From: Vulcanimicrobiota bacterium
GTDB lineage: Bacteria > Vulcanimicrobiota > Xenobia > Xenobiales > JADMJV01
Direction: 5' to 3'
NCBI GenBank assembly: GCA_050250895.1
Contig: JBFWNU010000001.1
Location: forward strand, 1,708,685 to 1,772,684
Length of the DNA stretch: 64,000 nucleotides
Shown here: one piece after another, positions 26,820 to 35,378 of the stretch
How the letters are laid out: each line of letters begins with the position of its first letter
Position numbering within the stretch: the first letter of the stretch is position 1
The notes under the pieces: generated by a model
What the model saw: only the letters and a program-made list of their open reading frames with translations
The model's database searches: none
Told to the model about the DNA's origin: nothing
Program-made: the position numbers and the translations under genes

Positions 26820-26973
26820 GTAAGAAGCCCGGGTGACAGCCGGGCTTCGCGGGAAAGGAGGTCGAGATGACTCTTGAGTTACTGGCTCTAGCTGTCGTCG
26901 CCATCGTCCTTGTGACGCTGGCCCGACGGTAGCCCCGACCGGGTCCTGGCTTTCGGGCCAGGGCCCCTTTCCA
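26820..26973 (-). ncRNA. Putative cis-antisense antitoxin RNA
   Basis: Minus-strand TTGCCA-N18-TATAAT promoter (27009-26980) and hairpin GAAGCCCGG/CCGGGCTTC (26824-26848) followed by a T-rich tail; covers the toxin RBS and ORF. Confidence 0.55.
26867..26932 (+). CDS. 21-aa hydrophobic peptide, putative type I toxin
   Basis: GGAAAGGAGG RBS; MTLELLALAVVAIVLVTLARR*; hairpin at 26941-26966 follows. Confidence 0.7.
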   Translation: MTLELLALAVVAIVLVTLARR

Positions 26974-27002
26974 CCGACCATTATAGCAGAAGGGTCCGAA
27001 CG

Positions 27003-27239
27003 ATGGCAACTCAGAACATAAAGCTACAGTTCAATATCCCCCCCGACTGGCTGCCCCTCATCGCCCAGCATTGCGAGGCTGAGGGCATCGACCCGAACCC
27101 GCCCAGGGGCCGTACTGGTGGGCCCGCCGAATGGGTGCGCCGGCTCATCGCCCGCGAGTTGGGCATCGAAACCCCGATGGATCCCCACATCCAGCAATCG
27201 TTGGAGTTAAGCGGGAAGTTGAGAGGGGTAAGGTCGTGA
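27003..27239 (+). CDS. Ribbon-helix-helix-like protein (candidate antitoxin/regulator)
   Basis: IKLQFNIP beta strand, GGPAEWVRRLIARELG; stop overlaps the next gene (GTGA). Confidence 0.6.
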   Translation: MATQNIKLQFNIPPDWLPLIAQHCEAEGIDPNPPRGRTGGPAEWVRRLIARELGIETPMDPHIQQSLELSGKLRGVRS

Positions 27240-28033
27240 GCAATCCAGTTGAGCGGCCCGATCTCTTTGTGGCGCCCCGTGTCGTACACTGCTCTGAGCA
27301 CCGAATCAATTTTATGCAGCGCTCGAATTGGTTGAGTTTCGTCTATCCCTTCCTGTTCGGTCTTGTTGACAATGGTATGTCGTCGGTTGAGGCTTTTGAG
27401 GCGCCACTCATCACATTGGATACTAGCGGCCTGACGGGCTCAACGGTCTTAAGCCCTGCCGAACTCCGGCAATCGGTGCCCTACTTCAAAATGGAGCTGA
27501 CCAACCAATTCTTCCTAATGGTGTATGGAAGCTTCGAGGCATTGCTAGCGGATCTGATTGTCTCGGCCTATGCAAAGTTGGGAGAGCCAGAGCCCCACAC
27601 CCCGGCCAGGAGAATGATGATTAGGACATGGGCCGACAGGTTTCGGCTGGTGAGCGAGACTTTTGACTTGAAATTGCGGTACCAGAACCTGAAGGACTGG
27701 TATGGCGATGTCGATTTTGCCGTGACCGGGCCAGATGGAAAGCCCTACGATGGACCGCTCGCGGTTCTGAAGGATTTGTCTGAAGTCCGTCATCTCATCG
27801 TTCACTTCGCTAGTCGTTTTGATGACAAGACAGCAGTCAGATTTGGCAAAAAGGCCGGAGAGCGGATCCAGATCCAGACTCTCTTTCTACAAAGTGTCAC
27901 TCATTTTCTAGACCTTCTGGCCGCGCCTCTGGATGACGCTTTTTCGGAACGCTTCTCCTGGTCGCAAGTCGAGGCCTGCACCGGCGCATTGACGCTTCCT
28001 CCCCCCGGATACCCAAACTTTAGGGAAGCATGA
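27236..28033 (+). CDS. HEPN-domain protein (putative RNase)
   Basis: YGSFEALLADL helix and RxxxxH motif (EVRHLIVH); GTG start overlaps the upstream stop. Confidence 0.6.
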   Translation: MSNPVERPDLFVAPRVVHCSEHRINFMQRSNWLSFVYPFLFGLVDNGMSSVEAFEAPLITLDTSGLTGSTVLSPAELRQSVPYFKMELTNQFFLMVYGSFEALLADLIVSAYAKLGEPEPHTPARRMMIRTWADRFRLVSETFDLKLRYQNLKDWYGDVDFAVTGPDGKPYDGPLAVLKDLSEVRHLIVHFASRFDDKTAVRFGKKAGERIQIQTLFLQSVTHFLDLLAAPLDDAFSERFSWSQVEACTGALTLPPPGYPNFREA

Positions 28034-28116
28034 GCCCGGAGGACCCTGCGGGTTCAACCGGCGGCTTTCGGGACGGCCTCGCGCAATCGCGCAACCTGGC
28101 AGCCAAGGGGGCAGCC

Positions 28117-28652
28117 TCACGGGTCAAGCCGCTTCACCTCGTCGAGGAAGCCCCGTGCGCCCTCCAGCTGGCTGCCCATGAAGTCGAGAAGTTGATCGAG
28201 ATGCGCCCTCGCTCGTTTGTAGCCGTCAGGGTCGGCATCTTTGGAGTATTTCAAGAGGAGGGTTAGGGCTCGCAGCCGGTCGTGCGGCGTGAGCTCGACG
28301 TTGACGCTCTCGGTCATGCCGCCGTCCTTCGAATACTGTCGAAAGATGCTGCTGCGGACCTTCGCCACCATCTTGGCCTGCTCGGGCCAAAACCCGTCTG
28401 AGGGAACCGGCGTGACGCCGTTGACCGGGCACCAGGCGGCCAGACACGGGGGTCACCATACGCGATGTAAGCGAGGTGCTCGAGTGTCCGAGCGTGCGAG
28501 ATTTGGAACTTCTTCAGGTGGGCCTCTTGGCGTGCCTGGACCGCAGCTTGGACATGGGCGTATGCCGGCAGGTTCAGGAGGTCCCAGGCGGTCTGACGGG
28601 CGCTCTTTTCGGAATAGCCGGCCGCTACCGCCGCACTGGTCGCGTTACCCAT
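28117..28652 (-). pseudogene. Terminase small subunit, frameshifted
   Basis: GNATSAAVAAGYSEKSARQTAWDLL...LAYIAYGD; frame changes near 28450 into ...VELTPHDRLRALTLL. Confidence 0.7.
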
Positions 28653-28759
28653 TGGGTCGAGTTGGCCGAGGAACGCTTCTGTCTCCGTCGCGCCTGGGTA
28701 TTGCGCCAGCGTCCCACAAACCGGGCACTGCCACTGCTTGACGCCGTCGCCACGCCGCG

Positions 28760-28950
28760 AGCTCGCCCCTGATCGCTGCCAGCTCGACCCCAGCGGTTTC
28801 TTCGTTGATCTCGTCGATTCGCATGATGGCGGAGCGACGGCTGGTGAGGCCGGAACCGACGCGGGCCACCTCGGTCATCACGACCTGGTGCACGTCACGC
28901 GGCAGACCATCCCGCCACTTGATGGACGGCTGGACCACGGTCAACATCTC
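28760..28950 (-). pseudogene. Phage portal protein C-terminal fragment (tentative)
   Basis: IKWRDGLPRD...GLTSRRSAI..I..EETAGVELAAIRGE resembles SPP1-type portal C-termini. Confidence 0.4.
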
Positions 28951-28952
28951 CA

Positions 28953-29084
28953 CACCTGAAGAAAATATCCGAATTGCTGGGGCATAGCTCCATCACGTTG
29001 ACCGCTGACGTTTATGCGCATGTGACAGCTGATGACCTCGAAGAAACCGCAAGCCTGATGGGCTCGATTATGTTCGGGCAGTGA
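28953..29084 (+). pseudogene. Tyrosine integrase C-terminal remnant
   Basis: HLKKISELLGHSSITLTADVYAHV (box II LGH plus catalytic Tyr) next to the att site; the rest of the gene is missing. Confidence 0.85.
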
Positions 29085-29108
29085 CGTTTCTGAGACTCTC
29101 CCCTCGGG

Positions 29109-29129
29109 CTGCCCCATTGCTGCCCCATG
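29109..29129 (+). repeat. Probable integrase arm-type binding site (right)
   Basis: Identical to 24228-24248. Confidence 0.7.
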
Positions 29130-29198
29130 GTCGCCCCTGGATGAAATATTGGCAGGTCTCTTGAAACGAAAAAAGCCCGCCGGTGCGGGCTTCGTTAG

Positions 29199-29274
29199 TG
29201 GTGCGCCATCAAGGACTCGAACCTTGGACCCGATGATTAAGAGTCATCTGCTCTGCCAACTGAGCTAATGGCGC
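29199..29274 (-). tRNA. tRNA-Lys (CTT)
   Basis: 76-nt cloverleaf GCGCCATTAGCTCAGTTGGCAGAGCA-GATGA-CTCTTAA-TCATC-...GGTTCGAGTCC...TGGCGCACCA. Confidence 0.97.
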
Positions 29275-29344
29275 AGGCACAAGTCGAATCTTACACAACC
29301 ATGCCGAAAGCGTCAATAGCGAGTCCCATCTTGGCAGGCCAGGG

Positions 29345-30451
29345 TCAGGCGGTCTTGGACGAGCCTTTGCTGCCTCCGCTGCCACTGTTGCTGCCACTTC
29401 CGCTGCTCTTGTTAGAAGAAGAACCCGTAGAGGTGTTCGAAGCCACCTGGGTGGTCGAGCGCGCGTCGGCGGTGCGACTGGCGTAGTCCTTGGTGATGTT
29501 GCTGACGTACTTCTGGGTTTCGGCGAAGGGCGGCACGCCGCCATACTTCTGGACGTTGCCCGGTCCGGCGTTGTAGGCGGCCAGGGCCTTGGTCACATCG
29601 CCGTTGAAGGTCTTGAGCTGCTGCGAGAGATACTTGGTCCCGCCGAAAACGTTCTGGCGAGGATCGTAGGGGTTGGTCACTCCGAGATCCTTGGCCGTGC
29701 CCGGCATCAGTTGCATCAGGCCCATCGCCCCCGCCGGAGAAGTGGCGTTGGGGTTGAACTGGGATTCTTGCTTGATGACCGATTTCACCAGATTGGGATC
29801 GACGCCATACTTCTGGGCCGCTTCTTGGATCAGCGAATCGTACTTGTTGGTGTCGTTGCCGCCGATGGGCGAGTTGGGATCGCCCTGGGTTACGGGCGTG
29901 GTGTCGATGGGGGCCGCTCCCCCGCCGTCGTTGCCTGCGGGGGCGCCACCACCAACGGGGGCTCCTCCGCCGTAGTCGCCACCGCCGCCACCGCCAACGG
30001 GGGCTCCGCCGCCACCGCCGCCCATGTCGCCGCCCCCGCCGCCACCGGCCGGGGCTCCGCCACCGCCACCGCCAGCGCCGCCGGCATCTCCCATGCCGCC
30101 GCCGGCGCCCTGGCCGAGCAGTTCGGCTAGTTGGGCTTGAAGTTGCTGAAGTTTCTCGCTGAGCTGAGCCACCGCTTGCTCGTCACCCATCGCCTGGGCC
30201 ACCTGCAACTGCTGCTGGGTCATGGCGATCTCTTGCTGAAGTTGGGCTACGGGATCTTGCTGGCCGAGCGAATTGTTGAGGGCTCCGATCAGATCGTTGG
30301 CTCCGTCGCCTCCGCCGAGCAGCATCTCGGGCGATAGACTGGTGAGATCACCGAGTCCGCCGGTAGGGTTGGCTCCCGCTCCGAGATTGGCCAGGGGCGA
30401 GCCGAAGGTGGGGGCAGTCAGGTTGGCGCCGGGTTGTACAGGGGGGATCAT
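29345..30451 (-). CDS. Lytic transglycosylase (SLT) with long Gly-rich N-terminal region
   Basis: [35 protein letters not shown]. Confidence 0.9.
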   Translation of the reverse strand: MIPPVQPGANLTAPTFGSPLANLGAGANPTGGLGDLTSLSPEMLLGGGDGANDLIGALNNSLGQQDPVAQLQQEIAMTQQQLQVAQAMGDEQAVAQLSEKLQQLQAQLAELLGQGAGGGMGDAGGAGGGGGGAPAGGGGGGDMGGGGGGAPVGGGGGGDYGGGAPVGGGAPAGNDGGGAAPIDTTPVTQGDPNSPIGGNDTNKYDSLIQEAAQKYGVDPNLVKSVIKQESQFNPNATSPAGAMGLMQLMPGTAKDLGVTNPYDPRQNVFGGTKYLSQQLKTFNGDVTKALAAYNAGPGNVQKYGGVPPFAETQKYVSNITKDYASRTADARSTTQVASNTSTGSSSNKSSGSGSNSGSGGSKGSSKTA

Positions 30452-30651
30452 AACAAACCTCTCTCTCACCCTTAGTCTACTCTCCTGTAGAGGCGTCTTC
30501 AGGGGGTCATTGTTTAACTTTTCATTGACATGTTTCTAACATGTTGACAAAAGCCCTCTGAGAGTGTAACAACTTCCGCTTCTGGCTTCTGCAGGAACAT
30601 ACGTTTGGAGCGGGAATCTTGAAGGAAGTTCAATGTCTAGGGGGCTTTCTC

Positions 30652-31260
30652 ATGGCTCTTCCAGAGAAGCAAAGCCAAGCTGGCCGGCCACTTTCTATCC
30701 GTGCGTTTGCGGATCTGGCCGGCACCAACCCGCGCCGTATTCGGCGTTTGATACGCCAGGGGCGCTTGCGCACGGTCATTAATCAGGCCGGCGAGACCCG
30801 CATTCCTGAAAAAGAGCTCGAGCGCCTCGAGCAAGAGAAGTTGAGTCGGGCGCTGCGGCAGTCGATGGAGATGCAGGCGGTTCCGACCACCGAGATCGAA
30901 CTCGAGGAAGAGAGCCAGGCTCTGTCGGGTCCGATCGTGCCTTTGCAGCGGCACGAGGCAGCCATGGTGCGACTCGGTTATCTCGAGAGCGAGTTGGGCA
31001 CCACCCGCAAGTTATTGCAAGATTCGACCAGCCGCGAGGGCGAATTGAAAAAGCGGGCCGAAGAAGCCGAGCAAGACGCTATCTCGGCCACCGTTCGGGC
31101 GGTCGAGGCCGAGCACAATCTTGAAGAGATGCGCGCTCAGGTCATCGATTCGACGTTCAGGGCCATGGAACTCGAGCAAGAGGTCGGCAAGTTACGCGAG
31201 CGCTTGATGGAGCCCTGGTGGCGAAGAATCTTTCCTGGTAAGCCTGCCAAAGACGAGTAG
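30652..31260 (+). CDS. Excisionase/MerR-like HTH plus coiled-coil protein
   Basis: LSIRAFADLAG.NPRRIRRLIRQGRL; C-terminal coiled coil ending PWWRRIF. Confidence 0.7.
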   Translation: MALPEKQSQAGRPLSIRAFADLAGTNPRRIRRLIRQGRLRTVINQAGETRIPEKELERLEQEKLSRALRQSMEMQAVPTTEIELEEESQALSGPIVPLQRHEAAMVRLGYLESELGTTRKLLQDSTSREGELKKRAEEAEQDAISATVRAVEAEHNLEEMRAQVIDSTFRAMELEQEVGKLRERLMEPWWRRIFPGKPAKDE

Positions 31261-31276
31261 AGTTGGAATGAAACCC

Positions 31277-31305
31277 AAAAAAGGGCCGCCCTCGGGCGGC
31301 CCTTT
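31277..31305. terminator. Bidirectional terminator between convergent genes
   Basis: AAAAAAGGGCCGCCC-TC-GGGCGGCCCTTT. Confidence 0.8.
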
Positions 31306-31316
31306 CCTTCAGGTGG

Positions 31317-31793
31317 TCAGCTGAGAGTGACCGACTCTTCCTCTTCTTCCGAGCGCAGCCGGTCGATGGCCCGTTGGCCGCCCCACTTCTCGGCGATGAG
31401 GTCGTCATATTCGTCGGCGATGAGCACCACCGAGCTAACTGAAGTCTTGAGTTCAGGCTGGTCACAGGTCGAGCCGACAATGGTGTGCTCGAAGAAGATG
31501 TCGCCGTCTTCGTCGACGCCGAAGGCGCCGAAGGTCATCCGGTCGTTTTCGCGCAGGAGGAAGTGCATGAGGTCGGCCGTCAACTCGGCGCCGGTGACCA
31601 CGTAGGCTCGGGTCGAGATCACCGAGTCGTCTTCTCCCATGGGATAGATCGCGGTCTGAGCAAAGGCCGAGCCGACGCGGACCCCGAACTCGGGCACCTC
31701 GACTCGTTTACCGACGAACTCGCCGAACATCTCTTGCATCCAGGGTAAAATCTTCTTGTAGCACTCTTCTTGCGCGGGAGAATCAAATTTCAT
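31317..31793 (-). CDS. YbjN / T3SS-chaperone-like protein
   Basis: LLRENDRMTFGAFGVDEDGDIFF..IADEYDD. Confidence 0.75.
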   Translation of the reverse strand: MKFDSPAQEECYKKILPWMQEMFGEFVGKRVEVPEFGVRVGSAFAQTAIYPMGEDDSVISTRAYVVTGAELTADLMHFLLRENDRMTFGAFGVDEDGDIFFEHTIVGSTCDQPELKTSVSSVVLIADEYDDLIAEKWGGQRAIDRLRSEEEEESVTLS

Positions 31794-31953
31794 GATGGTC
31801 CGACCTCCAATACAGTTCTGCTGTGCTTTACACGCCCGGGGCCTGCCTTCCTTCGTAGGGGCGACGGTTTCAGATAAGGGGAGAGCCCTCGGAGGGAGGG
31901 CTCTCTACAAAGGAGGAAATGGGTTGGAGTTGCACCCGGATGATGCTTGAATC

Positions 31954-31982
31954 ATTTTACCTCGAAACTTGAATTTTGTAAA
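31954..31982 (-). promoter_or_regulatory. Sigma70-type promoter
   Basis: TTTACA-N17-TAAAAT on the minus strand. Confidence 0.6.
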
Positions 31983-32595
31983 TCCAGAAAATTTGTTCCC
32001 CTGGGCTCGCCGTATCGAGCAATATTTTGCGCGCCACGATTGCCGCGGGACCGCTCACGACGGCCTGCAGCGAGAGTTGATTCCCGGCTGGATGCGTCGA
32101 AGAGAACCCTTCGTGGACCAGCTTGCCAATTATGCCTATGGCGACACGCCGCCTTTGGTGGCGGCTCGCATGCTGCTCAGGACGGGCCTCAAAGGCCGCT
32201 TTCTCGACCTGGGGTGTGGCTGCGGGGGCGTGGTGCTCCTGGCCGCTTCCACCGGTCTGCCCGCAGGGGGAGTCGATAGCAATCCCGCCGTCCTCACTTT
32301 GGCCCGCCGCGCCCAGAAGGACCTGGGGCTGAGGGCCCACTTCCAGTTGCTTGACCTGGGCCAGGCCGACACCCGATCGGTGGACCTGGCTTATGCCGCC
32401 GCTACCCGCTTCACTCCAGAACTGATGCACCGTGTAGAACAAATGTTTACGGCTGCCCCGGCTGGTTTTCGCCTGGTTACGGTCAGCCAGGCCTTATCCG
32501 CAGTGAGCCCCACCGACTGCTGGAGTGAAAGGTTTTCGTGGGGGGCACCGGGGGAAGAGGATGAGTATCCGTTTTTCTTGCATGAAAGGTCCTGA
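31969..32595 (+). CDS. Class I SAM-dependent methyltransferase (DOT1-like motif)
   Basis: YGDTP, FLDLGCGCG, GGVD. Confidence 0.75.
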   Translation: MNFVNPENLFPWARRIEQYFARHDCRGTAHDGLQRELIPGWMRRREPFVDQLANYAYGDTPPLVAARMLLRTGLKGRFLDLGCGCGGVVLLAASTGLPAGGVDSNPAVLTLARRAQKDLGLRAHFQLLDLGQADTRSVDLAYAAATRFTPELMHRVEQMFTAAPAGFRLVTVSQALSAVSPTDCWSERFSWGAPGEEDEYPFFLHERS

Positions 32596-33183
32596 ATGCT
32601 AGCTCGTATCATCTTCAAACTTTCGCTGGCTGCGATGCGATTGCGGGGGTGGTCGTTCGCCGGCGAGCGTCCGGCCGACCGCAAGTTCTTGCTGGTGGGG
32701 GCTCCTCATACCTCGAACTGGGATTTCATTCTCACGCTGGCTCTCATTGGCCATTTCGATTTGCCGCTACGATACTTCACCAAGGACACCATCTTCAGAG
32801 GGCCCTTCGGTGCTTTCTTTCGAAGCTTGGGGGCTATTCCCATCGACCGCAGCCGCAAGCTCAACATGGTAGAGCGCAGCATCGAGGCACTCAGGACCCA
32901 TGACGAGATCGTCATCGGCATTCTGCCCGAGGGCACCCGCAAGCGGACCGAATTCTGGAAGAGCGGTTTCTATCACATCGCCCACGGCGCCGGGGTGCCC
33001 CTGGTGCTGGCCAAGGTCGATGGCGAGGCGAAGTGTGTCAGCCTGGGTCTACGACTCGAGACCACCGGTGACATCGAGGCCGATATGGAGAAGATCGCCG
33101 CCTTCTACACCGGCGTGAAGGCCATCTATCCAGACAAGTTCGGGCCGGTCCGGGTCAAGCCCCGAGAGGAGCAAAAGGTATGA
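32596..33183 (+). CDS. Lysophospholipid acyltransferase (PlsC-like)
   Basis: APHTSNWDF, PIDR, PEGTR, WKSGFYHIA. Confidence 0.85.
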   Translation: MLARIIFKLSLAAMRLRGWSFAGERPADRKFLLVGAPHTSNWDFILTLALIGHFDLPLRYFTKDTIFRGPFGAFFRSLGAIPIDRSRKLNMVERSIEALRTHDEIVIGILPEGTRKRTEFWKSGFYHIAHGAGVPLVLAKVDGEAKCVSLGLRLETTGDIEADMEKIAAFYTGVKAIYPDKFGPVRVKPREEQKV

Positions 33184-33341
33184 ACATCGAGTCGCGCGCC
33201 TGTCTGGTCTGCGGACAGCAAGGTTTGACCGTGCTCGAGGGCCCTGAACTCGAGCCCATTTGCTTGGAGTGCCTGCGCAAGGCTGACCCGGCCAAAGCGG
33301 CCGTGCTCGAGCGCATTTTCCAATCGCGAGGCCCTCAGTGA
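33180..33341 (+). CDS. 53-aa zinc-finger-like protein (below the ORF track cutoff)
   Basis: MNIESRACLVCGQQ...PICLECLRK; 4-bp overlaps with both neighbours. Confidence 0.65.
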   Translation: MNIESRACLVCGQQGLTVLEGPELEPICLECLRKADPAKAAVLERIFQSRGPQ

Positions 33342-34204
33342 AGCTGGGGGCGGTCCTGCCGCAGAACGAACTGTCGACCAGTGAGGCGATCGAGTTCGCG
33401 CTGGGCCTCGAGAAGCTCGGTTTTGACTATATGCTGGCCTACGAGCATGTGCTCGGAGCCGACCCAGCCGACCATCCCGAGCAGAAGTTCATCTATACAT
33501 ATAGGGATTCGTTTCAGGAGCCGCTGGTCACTTTCGCTTACCTGGCAGCCCTGACCGAGCGACTCGAGTTCGTGACCGGGATTCTGGTGCTGCCCCAACG
33601 CAAAACGGCCCTCGTGGCCAAGCAGGCCGCCCAACTGCATCTACTTTCGGGCGGACGCTTTCGCCTGGGCGTGGGGGCCGGCTGGAACCGCCCTGAAGCC
33701 GAGGGATTGGGGTCCGACTTCTCCAACCGCGGGCGACGCATGGACGAGCAGCTCGAGTTGCTCGGGCGTCTCTGGCGTGAGCCGTTGGTGGATTTTGAAG
33801 GCCGCTTCCATCGCCTGCGGCGGCTGGGCCTAAATCCACTGCCGGAGCGTCCGGTGCCCCTTTGGGTAGGAGGATACGCCCCCCCGGTCCTGCGCAGGGC
33901 TGCCCGCCACGCCCAGGGGTGGATTCCCTCGACTCTGCCGTCCGGCCAGGAGGCTGCCCTGGTGGCTCGCCTCCATGAGTTTCTGCGGGTCGAGGGACGT
34001 GACCCGGCCACCTTTGGGCTCGATGCCCGCATTCTCTGCCGCGAACCTGAACCGGGCTGGCAAGCCATCTATGAAAAGTGGCGCGGGCTGGGAGCGACCC
34101 ACCTGCGCTTCAACACGCTGGGGGCGGGATTGAAGGGCGCTGCTGAGCATCTCGACGTGCTGGAAAAAGCCCGCCAAAAATTTTTGGAGTGGGAGAAACC
34201 CTGA
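33338..34204 (+). CDS. LLM-class (F420-dependent-like) oxidoreductase
   Basis: YEHVLG, EPLVTFAYLAA.T, LPQR..ALVAKQAA, SGGRFRLGVGAGWN. Confidence 0.85.
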   Translation: MKLGAVLPQNELSTSEAIEFALGLEKLGFDYMLAYEHVLGADPADHPEQKFIYTYRDSFQEPLVTFAYLAALTERLEFVTGILVLPQRKTALVAKQAAQLHLLSGGRFRLGVGAGWNRPEAEGLGSDFSNRGRRMDEQLELLGRLWREPLVDFEGRFHRLRRLGLNPLPERPVPLWVGGYAPPVLRRAARHAQGWIPSTLPSGQEAALVARLHEFLRVEGRDPATFGLDARILCREPEPGWQAIYEKWRGLGATHLRFNTLGAGLKGAAEHLDVLEKARQKFLEWEKP

Positions 34205-34339
34205 TCAGGGTGATTGGTTTGATGGAGTGTTCAACAAAATACCTCCCATCAACCATCATAACCCCCTCATTCGGCCCCGTTCCCCCGGGGCCGAACCCTT
34301 TTTACAGGGTTCGCATTTTCGCGAGCCGAAGAAACCCCG

Positions 34340-35245
34340 ATGAATCCCCTCTTTTCAGCAATTCGTGAGGCCTACGGCGGTGATGATGCCGTGGTCGAGA
34401 ATCTCACTACCTTTCCCGGGGTCATCGCCTACAGCCGTCGCTGGCTGGCCGACGGAGGGGTCGAGACCCGCGACCTCAAGGCTGCTCTAGAGGCCCTGCG
34501 CGAGCGCGTCGAAGTGGCAGCCCAGGCCGAGGCCGAGAACCTCGAGATGAATCCCAACATCGAAGACGAGCTGCGTGAGCCGGTCGAGAGCTGCTACGAA
34601 TGCTATCAGACGGTCGGTCAGGCCCTCGAGCGCATGGTAGGTGACCTGGAAGACCTCGAACTGTTCAAGACGGGGCTGAGCTTGATGGAAGAGGCCACCG
34701 AGATTTTAGTGGGGGCCAGGCGCCAGATCATCTTGTGGATGCAGAAAGGTGACCCCGTCTGCATGCGCTGCGGAGCCGGCCCCGAGGTCGAATGCAGCTG
34801 CGGGGCCGCGCGGTTGATCCCCGACCTCGAGTTCTATCTCGACGAGACCAACCTGCGTGCCGAGCTGAGTTCTGAGCATGTGGCCATCTTCGAGGCCTAC
34901 CTCGAGGTGCTTTCGGGCCAGGGCAAGCTCAGCCGGCTTTTCGCCCGTCTCAAGCAACTCGAGTCGGTCATCGCCGATCACGCCTTCACCACCAAAGAGG
35001 CCCAGGACCAGGAAGAGCTGGGAGAGGCGGGCGACGCGGTGATGCGCCAGCTCGAGCTGACTCAGAAGGGCATCCTGCGCATGCGCGCGGTGGAGGAGAG
35101 TCTGCACTGCTCGGACTTGCACCAGGGCTGGAAGATGATCTTCGAGTCAGCCGTCAACATGCAAAGCTTGGTACCCGCCCTCGCCGAGCAGACGGGGGCG
35201 GGCTTTGGCGACACCGATGACATGGTGTCCTTTTCGGATGGTTAA
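34340..35245 (+). CDS. Hypothetical helical protein with central CxxC..CxC
   Basis: 301-aa acidic ORF containing CMRCG..ECSCG. Confidence 0.65.
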   Translation: MNPLFSAIREAYGGDDAVVENLTTFPGVIAYSRRWLADGGVETRDLKAALEALRERVEVAAQAEAENLEMNPNIEDELREPVESCYECYQTVGQALERMVGDLEDLELFKTGLSLMEEATEILVGARRQIILWMQKGDPVCMRCGAGPEVECSCGAARLIPDLEFYLDETNLRAELSSEHVAIFEAYLEVLSGQGKLSRLFARLKQLESVIADHAFTTKEAQDQEELGEAGDAVMRQLELTQKGILRMRAVEESLHCSDLHQGWKMIFESAVNMQSLVPALAEQTGAGFGDTDDMVSFSDG

Positions 35246-35378
35246 CAGCCGGTTCACTCGAAGTTCACATTGTTTACAAAAGTAACATTTCCTTAACAAG
35301 TCGTTGAGTTCAGGCAGGCCCACACTGCTTATACTGAGGTGCAAGCAGGTTAAAGAAACTTAAGGAGTGTGCGTCAAG

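Larger units (their letters stand above)
24041..29247. mobile_element. Decayed prophage/genomic island integrated in tRNA-Lys(CTT)
   Basis: Flanking direct repeats; integrase, portal and terminase fragments; visibly less GC-rich cargo genes. Confidence 0.85.

Noticed and set aside
29209-29544. 111-aa ORF running into the tRNA
   Set aside because: Alternative frame overlapping the SLT gene and the tRNA; spurious.
31919-31972. 17-aa uORF MGWSCTRMMLESFYLET coupled to the methyltransferase
   Set aside because: GGAGG lies only 2 nt from the ATG; it is better explained as the complement of the minus-strand anti-SD element, though not excluded.
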